Shown: piece by piece, positions 26,295 through 35,651 of the stretch
Position numbering within the stretch: position 1 is the first letter of the stretch
Layout of the letters: each line of letters starts with the position of its first letter
Translations under genes and position numbers: made by a program
Notes under the pieces: generated by a model
The model's input: the letters and a program-made list of their open reading frames with translations, nothing else
The model's database searches: none
Told to the model about the DNA's origin: nothing
Assembly: GCA_009886115.1 (NCBI GenBank)
Contig: VFJJ01000103.1
Coordinates: 1 to 53,638, forward strand
Direction of reading: 5' to 3'
DNA length: 53,638 nucleotides
DNA from: Actinomycetota bacterium
GTDB taxonomy: Bacteria > Actinomycetota > Acidimicrobiia > IMCC26256 > VFJJ01

Positions 26295-28477
26295 CGCTCG
26301 ACGGGAGACAGAACGTCGGCGAAATAGGGGCCCTGGGCGAGATCGCAGCCGAGCGTGTGCAACGTGACGACCTGATCGTACGACTCCACGCCGGTGACGC
26401 CGACCGTGTACTCCATGGCATGGGCCATGTCGACGAGCGATCTGACGGTCGCGGCCTGCCGGGCATCGCGAGCGACGCCGGCGACGAGCGTTCGGCTCAG
26501 CTTGAGACCCTCGACCGGGAAGTGCCGAAGCCGCGCCAGCGACGCGTACCCGGATCCGTACTCACCGACGACGAGACCGACTCCGAGCGCCGACAAGTGC
26601 TCCAGTGTTGTCTCGAGCCGCGGCTCTTGCTCGGTGAGCAAGCGCTCGCTCACCTCCAGGACCACCTGTGAGGCACCGATCTCGGACAGCTCCAGGGCCC
26701 GACGGACGAGGTCGACCACCGAAGGATGCCCGAGCAGGCGAGATCCGACGTTGACGTGGATGCGACGCTCCGAAGGCCCAGCCCCTGGCGAGGTTCCGGG
26801 AACGACGACCACACGTCGGGCAGTGTCACCGATGATCCAGGCGTGAAACGACGACAGGAGACCGGCCGGGGGTGCAATCCCCAGGGCCTCGTCTCCCGGG
26901 AGCTCGTCGCGTCCGGCGCCCCGCCAGCGAGGTGTGGCCTCGAGCCCGACGACGGCCCCCGAGTCGAAGGCGACGATCGGCTCCCAGCGCAGCGCCAAGT
27001 CCCCGTCCTCGACCGCGCAGGCCAGATCGCTCTCTCCACACAATCCTGAGGACGAGCGCCGACGCCGGGCCTCGTCGAAGACCTCGTGGCAGTTCTTGCC
27101 CCGGCGCTTGGCGTGGTGGAGCGCGAAGTCGGCGTCGCGCAGGAGCGCATCGGCGGTGTCGTCGCCATCCTGCGCCAACGCGATACCGATCGAAGCCGAG
27201 ATTCCCACCTCGCCCGCCGCCAGCGCGAACGGCCGGTTCAGGGCGGCGGCGATCCGGGCCGCGATCTGCTCCAACTCGTCGGTTCCCGCGACCTCGTCGC
27301 ACACGAGGACGAACTCGTCGCCACCCAGGCGAGCGACGGTGTCACCTGCGCGCACGACGTCGACGAGGCGTAGAGCCGTGGCCACGAGCACCTGATCGCC
27401 GGCCTCGTGGCCGAACGTGTCGTTCACCGCCTTGAACCCGTCGAGATCCAGGAACATCACTGCGAGGGTCCGGTCGCGGCGGTCGCGGCGGTCGAGCCGG
27501 GTCAGAGCCTGCCGGAGTCGATCGACGAGCAGCGACCGGTTGGGAAGCCCGGTGAGCGAATCGTGCGTGGCTTGGTACTGCAGGTCGTGCTCGAAATGCA
27601 TGCGATCGGTGACGTCGCTGATCATGCCGACCATGCCGGCGAACCCGTCCCTCTCGTCGCTGATCGATGCGAGGCCGAGGCTGACCCACCGGATCTGGCC
27701 TTCGGAGTTCCTGACCCGGTACTCGTGGCGCAGCGCCACGCCCGAGGTACGAGCGTTCGCGATGGCCCCCCGCAAGCCGGGCATGTCGTCGGGCTCGACC
27801 CGCGCAGCCAGATCGGCAGCGGTGGGCTTCGAAGCGGGCGCGAACCCGTAGAGGCGCTCGAGGGCCGGATTGACGAAGTCGAGTCGACCGTCATCGCTCG
27901 TCGAGAAGATGCCCACGGGGGTGAAGGTCGCCAGAGCCCGGAAGCGCGCCTCGCTCTCGGCCAGATGTCGCTCGACGTCGTGTCGATCGGTCACGTCCCT
28001 GATCATCACGAGGACTCCATCGACCTCAGGATCGCTGAGGATGTTCAGCGTGTGCCCCTCGACGTGGCGCCAGGTCGCATCAGTGTGGAGGACCCGAAAC
28101 TGCGCCAACCGAAACCCGCCGGGCCGCTCCAGATTCTCGTGGAACTGCTCGAGAATTCCGGCCCGATCGTCAGGATGGACCACCTCGGTGAAGCTTCGAC
28201 CGACCCCGTCTTGGCGGCGGTAGCCGAAGAGCGCTTCCACGTTGGCGTTCTGGTAGCGGATGATGCCCGAGCGATCGAGGAGGATCACCGCGTCTGGCCA
28301 GCCCTCGATGAGAGCGGCGAGACGCCGTTCGCTGGCCAGCAATCCGAGATCCACGACGCCGGAGCCTCCCTTCGGTCCGTCCCGTCCACCAGCGCGCACG
28401 TGCTTCGACAGACTCGTGTGGAGATCTCGGCGCTCGCGACCGGTTCCTGGAGCCCGTTCGGCCGATCCTGCCGGCAT
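26240..28477 (-). CDS. PAS-PAS-GGDEF-EAL protein (EAL degenerate); start uncertain
   Basis: Two PAS/PAC regions; HDSLTGLPNR, DLDGFKAVND, RAGD I-site, GGDEF; EAL domain reads EAT and GEYGSG. Confidence 0.92.
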   Translation of the reverse strand: MPAGSAERAPGTGRERRDLHTSLSKHVRAGGRDGPKGGSGVVDLGLLASERRLAALIEGWPDAVILLDRSGIIRYQNANVEALFGYRRQDGVGRSFTEVVHPDDRAGILEQFHENLERPGGFRLAQFRVLHTDATWRHVEGHTLNILSDPEVDGVLVMIRDVTDRHDVERHLAESEARFRALATFTPVGIFSTSDDGRLDFVNPALERLYGFAPASKPTAADLAARVEPDDMPGLRGAIANARTSGVALRHEYRVRNSEGQIRWVSLGLASISDERDGFAGMVGMISDVTDRMHFEHDLQYQATHDSLTGLPNRSLLVDRLRQALTRLDRRDRRDRTLAVMFLDLDGFKAVNDTFGHEAGDQVLVATALRLVDVVRAGDTVARLGGDEFVLVCDEVAGTDELEQIAARIAAALNRPFALAAGEVGISASIGIALAQDGDDTADALLRDADFALHHAKRRGKNCHEVFDEARRRRSSSGLCGESDLACAVEDGDLALRWEPIVAFDSGAVVGLEATPRWRGAGRDELPGDEALGIAPPAGLLSSFHAWIIGDTARRVVVVPGTSPGAGPSERRIHVNVGSRLLGHPSVVDLVRRALELSEIGASQVVLEVSERLLTEQEPRLETTLEHLSALGVGLVVGEYGSGYASLARLRHFPVEGLKLSRTLVAGVARDARQAATVRSLVDMAHAMEYTVGVTGVESYDQVVTLHTLGCDLAQGPYFADVLSPVERQGRVQPSGSKTSPSTVR

Positions 28478-28606
28478 CGGTGTCGAGATGCCCAGCGGAT
28501 CAGGGGACCAGAACCCTCAAGAGGACGGGCACTCCGGTCGACGGGTGCAACACAGGCTCCAGATCTGCTGGAGCCACCCGAGCCATTGCCGCGACCCGAG
28601 GCCCCC

Positions 28607-29461
28607 GTGGATCAAGCCGAGATCCTGAGCGAGCAACTGCGAACGCTCCCGGTGCGCGCCGGCGCAGCCGTGCGGCTGCTCCAGCTGCTCGACGACCCCG
28701 ACGTCTCGGCGCTCCAGCTCGCCGAGGTGATCGAGACCGATCCTTCGCTCACCGGCCGCATCCTGCAGCTGGCGAATTCACCCCTGTACGGGGTGCAGCG
28801 AGGCGTGGGCAGCGTCACCCAGGCCACCGTCGTCCTCGGCCTGTCTGTGGTGCGGGCGTTCGCCGCCGGAATGGCCGCCGGGGTGCTCACCAAGCACGAC
28901 GGCGCGATGCCCAACGACTACTGGGAGCACTCGATGGCGACGGCGGCCGCATGCTCGGCCGTCGCCCGTCGGCTCCGTCTCGACACCGGCGAGGCGCTCA
29001 CCGTCGGCCTGCTCCACGACCTCGGAGCCGCGCTGCTCTTTCGCTCCGACCAACGCCGCTACCGCATGGCCGAGCGAGGCGCTCGCGCCAGCTCACAGCC
29101 GAGGGTCGATGCCGAGCGTGAGACCTTCGGTCTCGACCATGCCCGCGCTGGTGCGGTCGTGCTCGAGGCCTGGCGGCTCCCCGAGCGGATCGTTGCCGCC
29201 ATCGGAGACCACCACGCCGATCCCCGCGAGGTCGTCGCGCCGCTCTCTCGACTCGTGATCGCCGGCGACGCGTTGGCTCATGCGACCGGCACCGGCACCG
29301 GCACCGACTCTCACTCCGACTCCGAGCGTTCCCTCGACGAGCTCCTGGCCATCGTGGCCCCGGGTCTCATCAGCCCCGGCGACGTGGGCGCGCTGGACGA
29401 GCTCCTGGCCGAGGTCATCGAGCGCACGTCCCAGCTCGGCGCGTGCTTCGCCCTGGTGTGA
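28607..29461 (+). CDS. HDOD domain protein
   Basis: IETDPSLTGRILQLANSPLYG, YWEHS, GLLHDLG, LDHARAG..WRLP, HH. Confidence 0.92.
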   Translation: MDQAEILSEQLRTLPVRAGAAVRLLQLLDDPDVSALQLAEVIETDPSLTGRILQLANSPLYGVQRGVGSVTQATVVLGLSVVRAFAAGMAAGVLTKHDGAMPNDYWEHSMATAAACSAVARRLRLDTGEALTVGLLHDLGAALLFRSDQRRYRMAERGARASSQPRVDAERETFGLDHARAGAVVLEAWRLPERIVAAIGDHHADPREVVAPLSRLVIAGDALAHATGTGTGTDSHSDSERSLDELLAIVAPGLISPGDVGALDELLAEVIERTSQLGACFALV

Positions 29462-29537
29462 CCCGCCGGCCCCGTGTGGGTCGCGAGCCCCCTGTGCATC
29501 AAGCCGGCCAGGTCCGGGTCTGACGGTCAGTGTTGGG

Positions 29538-30941
29538 TCAGGCCATCGAGTCGAAGATCAGGGCCAGGTCGTCGGGGGTCGTGCGGGGATTCACGATGCA
29601 CAGCCTGATGACCGTCTCGCCGTGGAGCGTCGTCGGCGCGCAGAAGGCGATGCCCCGAGCCAAGAGCGATCGCGACCACTCGTGGTAATCGGACGGGGCC
29701 CATCCGAGGCGGCGCACCACCACGACCGAGAGCTCGGGCTCGATCACCAGCTCGAGATACGGGCGGCGGTCGACGAGGCGAACGGCGCCGCGGGCCGTCG
29801 CCAGGGTCGTCTCGACGGCGTCGCGGTACGCGTCGGTGCCGTGGGTCGCCAACGAGAACCAGAACGGCAGACCCCGGACGCGCCGGGTGAGGTGGAACGC
29901 GAGATCGGAGGGGTTCGGCGGCTCTGACGGGTCGCCCCGGGCGTGGGCGCTCGCGTGCCCGTCCTGGCCGTCGTGGAGCACGTCGAGGTACTCGGCGTGC
30001 TGGGTGTGCGTGGCCAGTGCCAGCTCCGGGTTCCGGTAAAGGAGCGCAGCGCAGTCGTAGGGCGCGAAGAGCCACTTGTGCGGGTCGATCACGAACGAGT
30101 CGGCCCGCTCGATCCCGGCGAACCGCCATCGAGCGCTCGGCGCAACCAACGCCGCCCCGCCGTACGCGGCATCGACGTGAAACCAGAGTCCCCACTCCCC
30201 GCAGACCTCGGCGACGCCGGCCAGATCGTCGACGACCCCCACGTTTGTCGTGCCACCGGTGGCAACGACGGCGAAGAGACCGTCGCGCTCGTCGGGCGAG
30301 AGCACGTCGAGGCGGGCTCCCAGCGCCGCACCCGTCAGCCGGCCCCGCTCGTCGACCGGAACCGCGACCACGTCGACATCCATGACCAGGGCCGCCGCAC
30401 GGACCGATGAGTGCACACCGCCGGACGCTGCGATCGTCCATCGCTGCGGAGCGGGACCGGCCCGCAGCCGCCGAGCCGTGTGCCGGGCCGTCACCAACCC
30501 GCTGAGGTTGCCGGCCGATCCGCCACTCACGAACGTCCCCCCCGAGCGAGCCGGGAAGCCCGCCAGGTCGGCGAGCCAGCGGAGCGCTTCGTTCTCGGCG
30601 TGGACCGCGCCTGCGCCTTCGAGCCACGATCCGCCGAAGATCGATGACGCCCCCACGACCAGATCGAACAGGACCGCAGCCTCGGTGGGGGCCGTGGGCA
30701 CGAAGCTGAGGTTCCGGGGATGGTCCTGTGACAACGTCGCCGGGGCCAGGACGTCAGTGAAGATCCGCAGAGCCGCGAGCCCCCCGATGCCATGCGGGGT
30801 GACCGTGGGACCGGCAGCCGCCGCGAGCTCGCGGTCGGAGCGCGTCCCGTCGAGCGGGGGAGGGTCCATGCGGACGCGGTCGAGCGCGTACCCGAACACC
30901 GCCCGCGCCAGCTCGTCGGTGGCTTCGTCGTAGCGGTGCAT
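29538..30941 (-). CDS. PLP-dependent group II amino-acid decarboxylase
   Basis: FVSGGSAGNL, GGTTNVG..DDL, WFHVDAAYGG, DPHKWLF. Confidence 0.93.
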   Translation of the reverse strand: MHRYDEATDELARAVFGYALDRVRMDPPPLDGTRSDRELAAAAGPTVTPHGIGGLAALRIFTDVLAPATLSQDHPRNLSFVPTAPTEAAVLFDLVVGASSIFGGSWLEGAGAVHAENEALRWLADLAGFPARSGGTFVSGGSAGNLSGLVTARHTARRLRAGPAPQRWTIAASGGVHSSVRAAALVMDVDVVAVPVDERGRLTGAALGARLDVLSPDERDGLFAVVATGGTTNVGVVDDLAGVAEVCGEWGLWFHVDAAYGGAALVAPSARWRFAGIERADSFVIDPHKWLFAPYDCAALLYRNPELALATHTQHAEYLDVLHDGQDGHASAHARGDPSEPPNPSDLAFHLTRRVRGLPFWFSLATHGTDAYRDAVETTLATARGAVRLVDRRPYLELVIEPELSVVVVRRLGWAPSDYHEWSRSLLARGIAFCAPTTLHGETVIRLCIVNPRTTPDDLALIFDSMA

Positions 30942-30975
30942 GGACCGGCGAGGTGGCGAGCGAGGCCCCGGGGCC

Positions 30976-31227
30976 TCAGCCCTGCTTCAGCTCGAGGTAC
31001 TCCTCACGAGCCTTGCGATGGCCTTTGGCCCCATGGCCGATGAGCCCACCGGTGCGCACTTCCTTCACCGCGCTCTCGAGCTTGTCGAGCAGGTCGAAGA
31101 GATCGTCCTCCGGGCCGGCCTCCTCGACCTTGTTCAAGGCCTGATGGATGTTGTCGAGGTGCCGGCGCACCTGCCCGTACTCGTCATCGAGCTTCTTGCG
31201 GGCATCTTCGAGCGACTTCGCCATCAT
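30976..31227 (-). CDS. Small helical hypothetical protein
   Basis: GGAGG RBS, strong GC3 codon usage, coiled-coil-like sequence. Confidence 0.75.
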   Translation of the reverse strand: MMAKSLEDARKKLDDEYGQVRRHLDNIHQALNKVEEAGPEDDLFDLLDKLESAVKEVRTGGLIGHGAKGHRKAREEYLELKQG

Positions 31228-31391
31228 TCGCCTCCGTGGTCGTGCGCGGCCGACGCGGTGCCACACCGTCACCGTCGTCGAGGACTGGCGCAAAGCCTAA
31301 CGGCTCACCTGGCGCCCTCCGCGCCGACCTGGCACGTTGTCAACAACGACAGTCCCGGTGATCCAACGGGGCAGGCACGGCGAAGGGAGCC

Positions 31392-33059
31392 ATGATGACG
31401 GACACGACGACATGGGAAGCACCGGGACCGGGGCACTGGGAGCTCGATCGATCGCACTACCCCGGAGGCACCACGCCGATCTCCATCTGGTTGATGGAGC
31501 TCGGGATGGAGCGGGGCATGGCCCGCATGGCCGAGGACTTGGGCGCGCCGATCTCCACGCTCCGGGCGCGCTTCGTGAACGGGTTCATGTACACGCGACT
31601 CGTCCCGCTCGTCGGCGCCGACAAGACCACCACCAAGCTGCCGCCGACGATCGTCTTGAAGATCGCGGCTCGCCTGCACCCTGAGTTCCGCCGGCGGACC
31701 CGGACCGCGACCGCCAACCTGGCCCACCCCCCTGGACCCGCGGTGGTCAGGCGTTGGGAAACCGAGCTGAAGCCCGAGATCGTGACCAAGAACCGGGCGT
31801 TCGACTCGGTCACGCTCGCAGCCCTGGCTGACGCTGCGCTCATCGAGCACCTTCGGGCGCTCCTCGATCACGCCCTCGCCATGAGCGAGTTGCACTTCTG
31901 GCTGCACGGCTACGACACCGGCGCGGTGGCTCGCTACATCGTCTTCACGAAGGCGGCCGGGATTCCGACGTCGGTCGCTGTCACGGCACTCGCCGGCGCC
32001 TCGCCATCGACCCATGCGCCGAGGCAAGAGCTGGCGGCGATCCGCGGCGCGCTCGCAGGGCGCCAGCCGGGATCGCTCGACGAGGTTCGAGCGGCGTCTC
32101 CGAGCGCAGCCGCGCTCCTCGACACCTACCTCGCCGATCGGGCCAGCACGCTGGTCACCCGGTACGACATCGACGGTCTCACTCTGGGCGAGCTCCCCGA
32201 GACGGTCCTGGCCAGCATCCTCCAGGCCGACGATGGGCCGGATCAGCCCAGCGGCAACCGCGGTCGTGGTGGCCCGGGCGATGGAGCTGATGCCGTTGCG
32301 ACCGTCCGAGCACTCGTCCCGACGAGCCAGCAGGTCGAGTTCGACCTGGTGTTGGCTGACGCCCGCGACGTCATGGACATGCGCGACGACAACGGCCCCA
32401 CGGTCTTCGAGTGGCCCGTCGGGCTCATCCGCTTGGCCCTGCTGGAGCTGGGGCGACGCCTTGTTGCAACCGGGCGTGCCCATCGGCCCGAGCACGCGCT
32501 CGAGCTCGACCCCGACGAGATTCGGCATCAGGTCGCCGGCGGTCAGGGGCCGAGTCCCGACGAGTTGGCCGCCCGCCGCGATGCGCGCCTGGCCCTGGCC
32601 CGCCTCGTTCCCCCCGCGACCCTCGGACCGATCGAGCCGAAGCCTCCGCTCGAAGCGCTTCCTCGCCCCCTCGCCCAGATCGTGCTCATGATCACGACGG
32701 CGTTGGAGGAGCTGGGCATGAGCGGTCGCCTGCAGCAGGATCCGTTCGTCGGTGTCGGCATCGGCCAGACCGTGTACCGCGGCCGGGTGCGCCGGGGCGA
32801 CACTCCCGAAGAAGCGATCGAGGCCATGGAACCGGGTGACGTCCTCGTGGTGCGGGCAACGTCGCCCGCGTTCAACAGTGTGCTGGCCATAGCCGGGGCG
32901 GTGGTCACCGCCGACGGGGGCGCGCTCTCGCACGCCGCCGTGCTCGCCCGGGAGCTCGGCATCGCGGCCGTCGTCGGGGCCGCCGGTGCACTCGACCTGC
33001 CCGACGGGGCGATGGTCGACGTCGACCCGATCGCCGGGCGAGTCACGATCGTGACCTGA
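31392..33059 (+). CDS. PEP-utilizing enzyme (swivelling phospho-His domain), RPH/PPS-like but lacking the ATP-grasp domain
   Basis: C-terminal PGDVLV..TSP..VVTADGGALSHAAVLARELGIAAVVG. Confidence 0.88.
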   Translation: MMTDTTTWEAPGPGHWELDRSHYPGGTTPISIWLMELGMERGMARMAEDLGAPISTLRARFVNGFMYTRLVPLVGADKTTTKLPPTIVLKIAARLHPEFRRRTRTATANLAHPPGPAVVRRWETELKPEIVTKNRAFDSVTLAALADAALIEHLRALLDHALAMSELHFWLHGYDTGAVARYIVFTKAAGIPTSVAVTALAGASPSTHAPRQELAAIRGALAGRQPGSLDEVRAASPSAAALLDTYLADRASTLVTRYDIDGLTLGELPETVLASILQADDGPDQPSGNRGRGGPGDGADAVATVRALVPTSQQVEFDLVLADARDVMDMRDDNGPTVFEWPVGLIRLALLELGRRLVATGRAHRPEHALELDPDEIRHQVAGGQGPSPDELAARRDARLALARLVPPATLGPIEPKPPLEALPRPLAQIVLMITTALEELGMSGRLQQDPFVGVGIGQTVYRGRVRRGDTPEEAIEAMEPGDVLVVRATSPAFNSVLAIAGAVVTADGGALSHAAVLARELGIAAVVGAAGALDLPDGAMVDVDPIAGRVTIVT

Positions 33060-33117
33060 GCCCTCCGGCCCCCTGGGAGATGGTCATCGACCAGAGCCGC
33101 TGGCCCCGGCTGAACCC

Positions 33118-33828
33118 TTACGACGGCTCGGTCTCCTCGGCGCGCAGCGCGTCAGCGTCGGTGAAGAGGGCGACGGTGGGGGTGCGGCGGACGAGGGAGG
33201 CGGGGACGGTCGGATCTCCGGAGCGCATGCGGCGCACGACTCCGGCCTTGGTGGCGCCGGTGACGAGCCAGAGGATCTGGCGGGACCGGTTGACGGCGGG
33301 GACGGTGAGGGTCATGCGGCGGCGGCCCTGATATGGAGCAGACAGGGCCACGTCGGCGTCGATGACGGTCGACACGGGGTCGCCGGGCGGCCAGCTCGCG
33401 GTGTGGCCGTCGTCGCCGAGGCCGAGGTGCACGAGATCGAGAACAGCCGGCGTGGTACCACAAGCCATCTCGAGCGCACGCTGGTACGCACCACAGGCCC
33501 GGTCGAGGTCGGCGGCTTCGACGGGCATGGGGTGCACATGGGCCGGCGGGATGGACACGTGGTCGAGCAACGTCTCGCGCAGCCCGGTGAGGTTCCGGTC
33601 GGCGTGACCGGCCGGGGCGATGCGCTCGTCGATCTGGAACAGGTGCAGCCGGTCCCAGGGCACGTCGAGTCCGCGCAAGACCCCGAACATCGCCCATGGC
33701 GAGCTCCCTCCGCTCACCGCCAGCGTGAAGTGGCCCCGATCGGCCACCCCGAGGCGAGCCATGTCGGCCACGAAGGCGGCGGCGTCGTGGGCGGCCTGCG
33801 CAGGCGAGTCGGCGACGTGAAGGAGCAT
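33118..33828 (-). CDS. pgl: 6-phosphogluconolactonase
   Basis: SGGSSP, IDER, LGLGDDGHTAS, RMTLT, TGATK; lies in the zwf operon. Confidence 0.92.
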   Translation of the reverse strand: MLLHVADSPAQAAHDAAAFVADMARLGVADRGHFTLAVSGGSSPWAMFGVLRGLDVPWDRLHLFQIDERIAPAGHADRNLTGLRETLLDHVSIPPAHVHPMPVEAADLDRACGAYQRALEMACGTTPAVLDLVHLGLGDDGHTASWPPGDPVSTVIDADVALSAPYQGRRRMTLTVPAVNRSRQILWLVTGATKAGVVRRMRSGDPTVPASLVRRTPTVALFTDADALRAEETEPS

Positions 33829-33854
33829 GGCCTCCCCGCGAGCCCCCGAGCCGG

Positions 33855-34466
33855 TCAGCGTGGGGCCTCGATCCCTTGCAGGTGACAGGTTTCGTTCCAC
33901 ATGGCCAGTGCCGGCGTCTCACGCTCGTAGCTGAGGACGCTGATGGCCGCCGTGCCCATGGTGAACAGCCGGCCGCATCCCGCCGGCAGGCCCAGCCAGC
34001 GCGCCGTGAGGATCCGCAACAGATGGGCGTGGGCGAAGAGGATCGTGTTGCCGTCGATGGAACGGGCACGGGCGATGACGCGGTCGCAGCGGACGCCGAC
34101 CTCGTCGACCGTCTCACCTTCGATGATCGGATGGGTCCACACGCTCCAGGCGGGAATCGTCTCGCGCACTTCGGGGGTGGTCCGGGCCTCGTAGATGCCG
34201 TAGTTCCACTCCAGGAGATCGTCGTCGACCTCAGCGACGCGCCCATAACCGGCGAGGCGACTCGTGTCGAGGGCCCGCTGCATGGGGCTCGTGTAGACGG
34301 CCGCGTACGTGCGCCGGGCCAGCATCTCACCCAGATGCATGGCTTGGCGCTCGCCGAGCTCGGTGAGCGTGATGTCGGTCCTGCCGGTGTGCTGCCCCGA
34401 CTTCGACCATTCGGTCTCACCGTGGCGCACCAACACCAGCTCGGGTCGCTGCACGTGCGCGCTCAT
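33855..34466 (-). CDS. Histidine phosphatase family protein
   Basis: RHGETEWS, SP..RA, EWNYG, AHAH. Confidence 0.92.
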   Translation of the reverse strand: MSAHVQRPELVLVRHGETEWSKSGQHTGRTDITLTELGERQAMHLGEMLARRTYAAVYTSPMQRALDTSRLAGYGRVAEVDDDLLEWNYGIYEARTTPEVRETIPAWSVWTHPIIEGETVDEVGVRCDRVIARARSIDGNTILFAHAHLLRILTARWLGLPAGCGRLFTMGTAAISVLSYERETPALAMWNETCHLQGIEAPR

Positions 34467-34557
34467 CGTGGGCTCCAGACGATCAGGCCGAGACTCCGAC
34501 ACATACCGATAGTCACAACGTGACTATCGGTATCCAGGATCGCGCATGGCATGCAGA

Positions 34558-35457
34558 TCACGTTGCCCGCCTCCACGCCGCGCCGCCGATGAGCGCGGCA
34601 TCGTCGCCCAGCGCGGCCTCCGCGACGTCGATCGGCTCGGTGAGCCCCACGGGCCCGAAGCGCGCGATGACGGCACGGATCGGGTCGAGCACAAGCGAGC
34701 CGTTGCGGCCCAGCCCGCCACCGATCACGACGATCTCCGGGCTGAAGAGGTGACAGAGGTTCGTGATGCCGACTGCCGCAGCCTCGACCGTGCGGTCGAA
34801 CACCGCAGTTGCCGCCGGATCTCCCCGCCGGACGAGCTCGACGAGAGCCCGACCGGTGACGCCGAGCCCGGCTTCGGCTGCGTTGCGTCCGAGAGCGGTG
34901 CCCGAGCCCAGGTTCTCGACCGTCGCGTGGAGGAGATCGTCACGTCGAGCAGCGGCGATGTCGATGATCGTGTGTCCCAGCTCGGCCATCGATCGGCGCC
35001 CGTGCACGATCTTGCCGTTCAACACGACGCCGGCGCCGACCCCCGTCGACAGGGTGACGTAGGCCACGTCGTCCCGTCCCCGTCCGGCACCGAAGTAGGC
35101 CTCGCCCACCGCGGCCAGATCGGCGTCGTTGGCGAGGAGCACGTCGACGTGCAGGGCAGCTTCGAGTGCTCGCTCGTTGAGCGCCGGCACCCAGCTCTTG
35201 GGCAGGTTGGGCGCCATCTCGAGCACGCCGGCCCGGTGGTCGATCCGTCCCGGCATCCCGATCACGGCATGGTCGACCCCGGCCTCGACGGCTACGGTCC
35301 CCCGCAACTCGGCGCCGATCAACGACAAGAAGGCCGTCGGACGCTGATCGCCCTTGGGCGTCGGCTCGGTACGCCGACCGAGGATGGTCCCGTCGGCGGC
35401 GACGATCGCCACGCGCATGTTGGTGCCCCCGAGGTCGACAGCCAGCACGGCGCTCAC
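34558..35457 (-). CDS. ROK family sugar kinase (glucokinase-like)
   Basis: DLGGT, NDADLAAVGE, TLSTGVGAG, ELGH; no CxCGxxGC. Confidence 0.9.
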   Translation of the reverse strand: MSAVLAVDLGGTNMRVAIVAADGTILGRRTEPTPKGDQRPTAFLSLIGAELRGTVAVEAGVDHAVIGMPGRIDHRAGVLEMAPNLPKSWVPALNERALEAALHVDVLLANDADLAAVGEAYFGAGRGRDDVAYVTLSTGVGAGVVLNGKIVHGRRSMAELGHTIIDIAAARRDDLLHATVENLGSGTALGRNAAEAGLGVTGRALVELVRRGDPAATAVFDRTVEAAAVGITNLCHLFSPEIVVIGGGLGRNGSLVLDPIRAVIARFGPVGLTEPIDVAEAALGDDAALIGGAAWRRAT

Positions 35458-35651
35458 GGATGCCACCCTACGGGCGACACCCATGAGCGCATCGCCACTC
35501 CGTGGCGGCACGGCACCATGACCCCTGATTCGCTCGCCTGCGGCTCCCTCACCGGATGCCACCCTACGGGCGACACCCATGAGCGCATCGCCACTCCGTG
35601 GCGGCACGGCACCATGACCCCTGATTCGCTCGCCTGCGGCTCCCTCACCGG
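35457..35651. repeat. Perfect 2x96-bp tandem intergenic repeat (MIRU/REP-like)
   Basis: Units 35457-35552 and 35553-35648 look identical by eye. Confidence 0.93.

Noticed and set aside
35457..35651. CRISPR or IS element
   Set aside because: Contiguous identical units with no spacers, terminal inverted repeats or transposase
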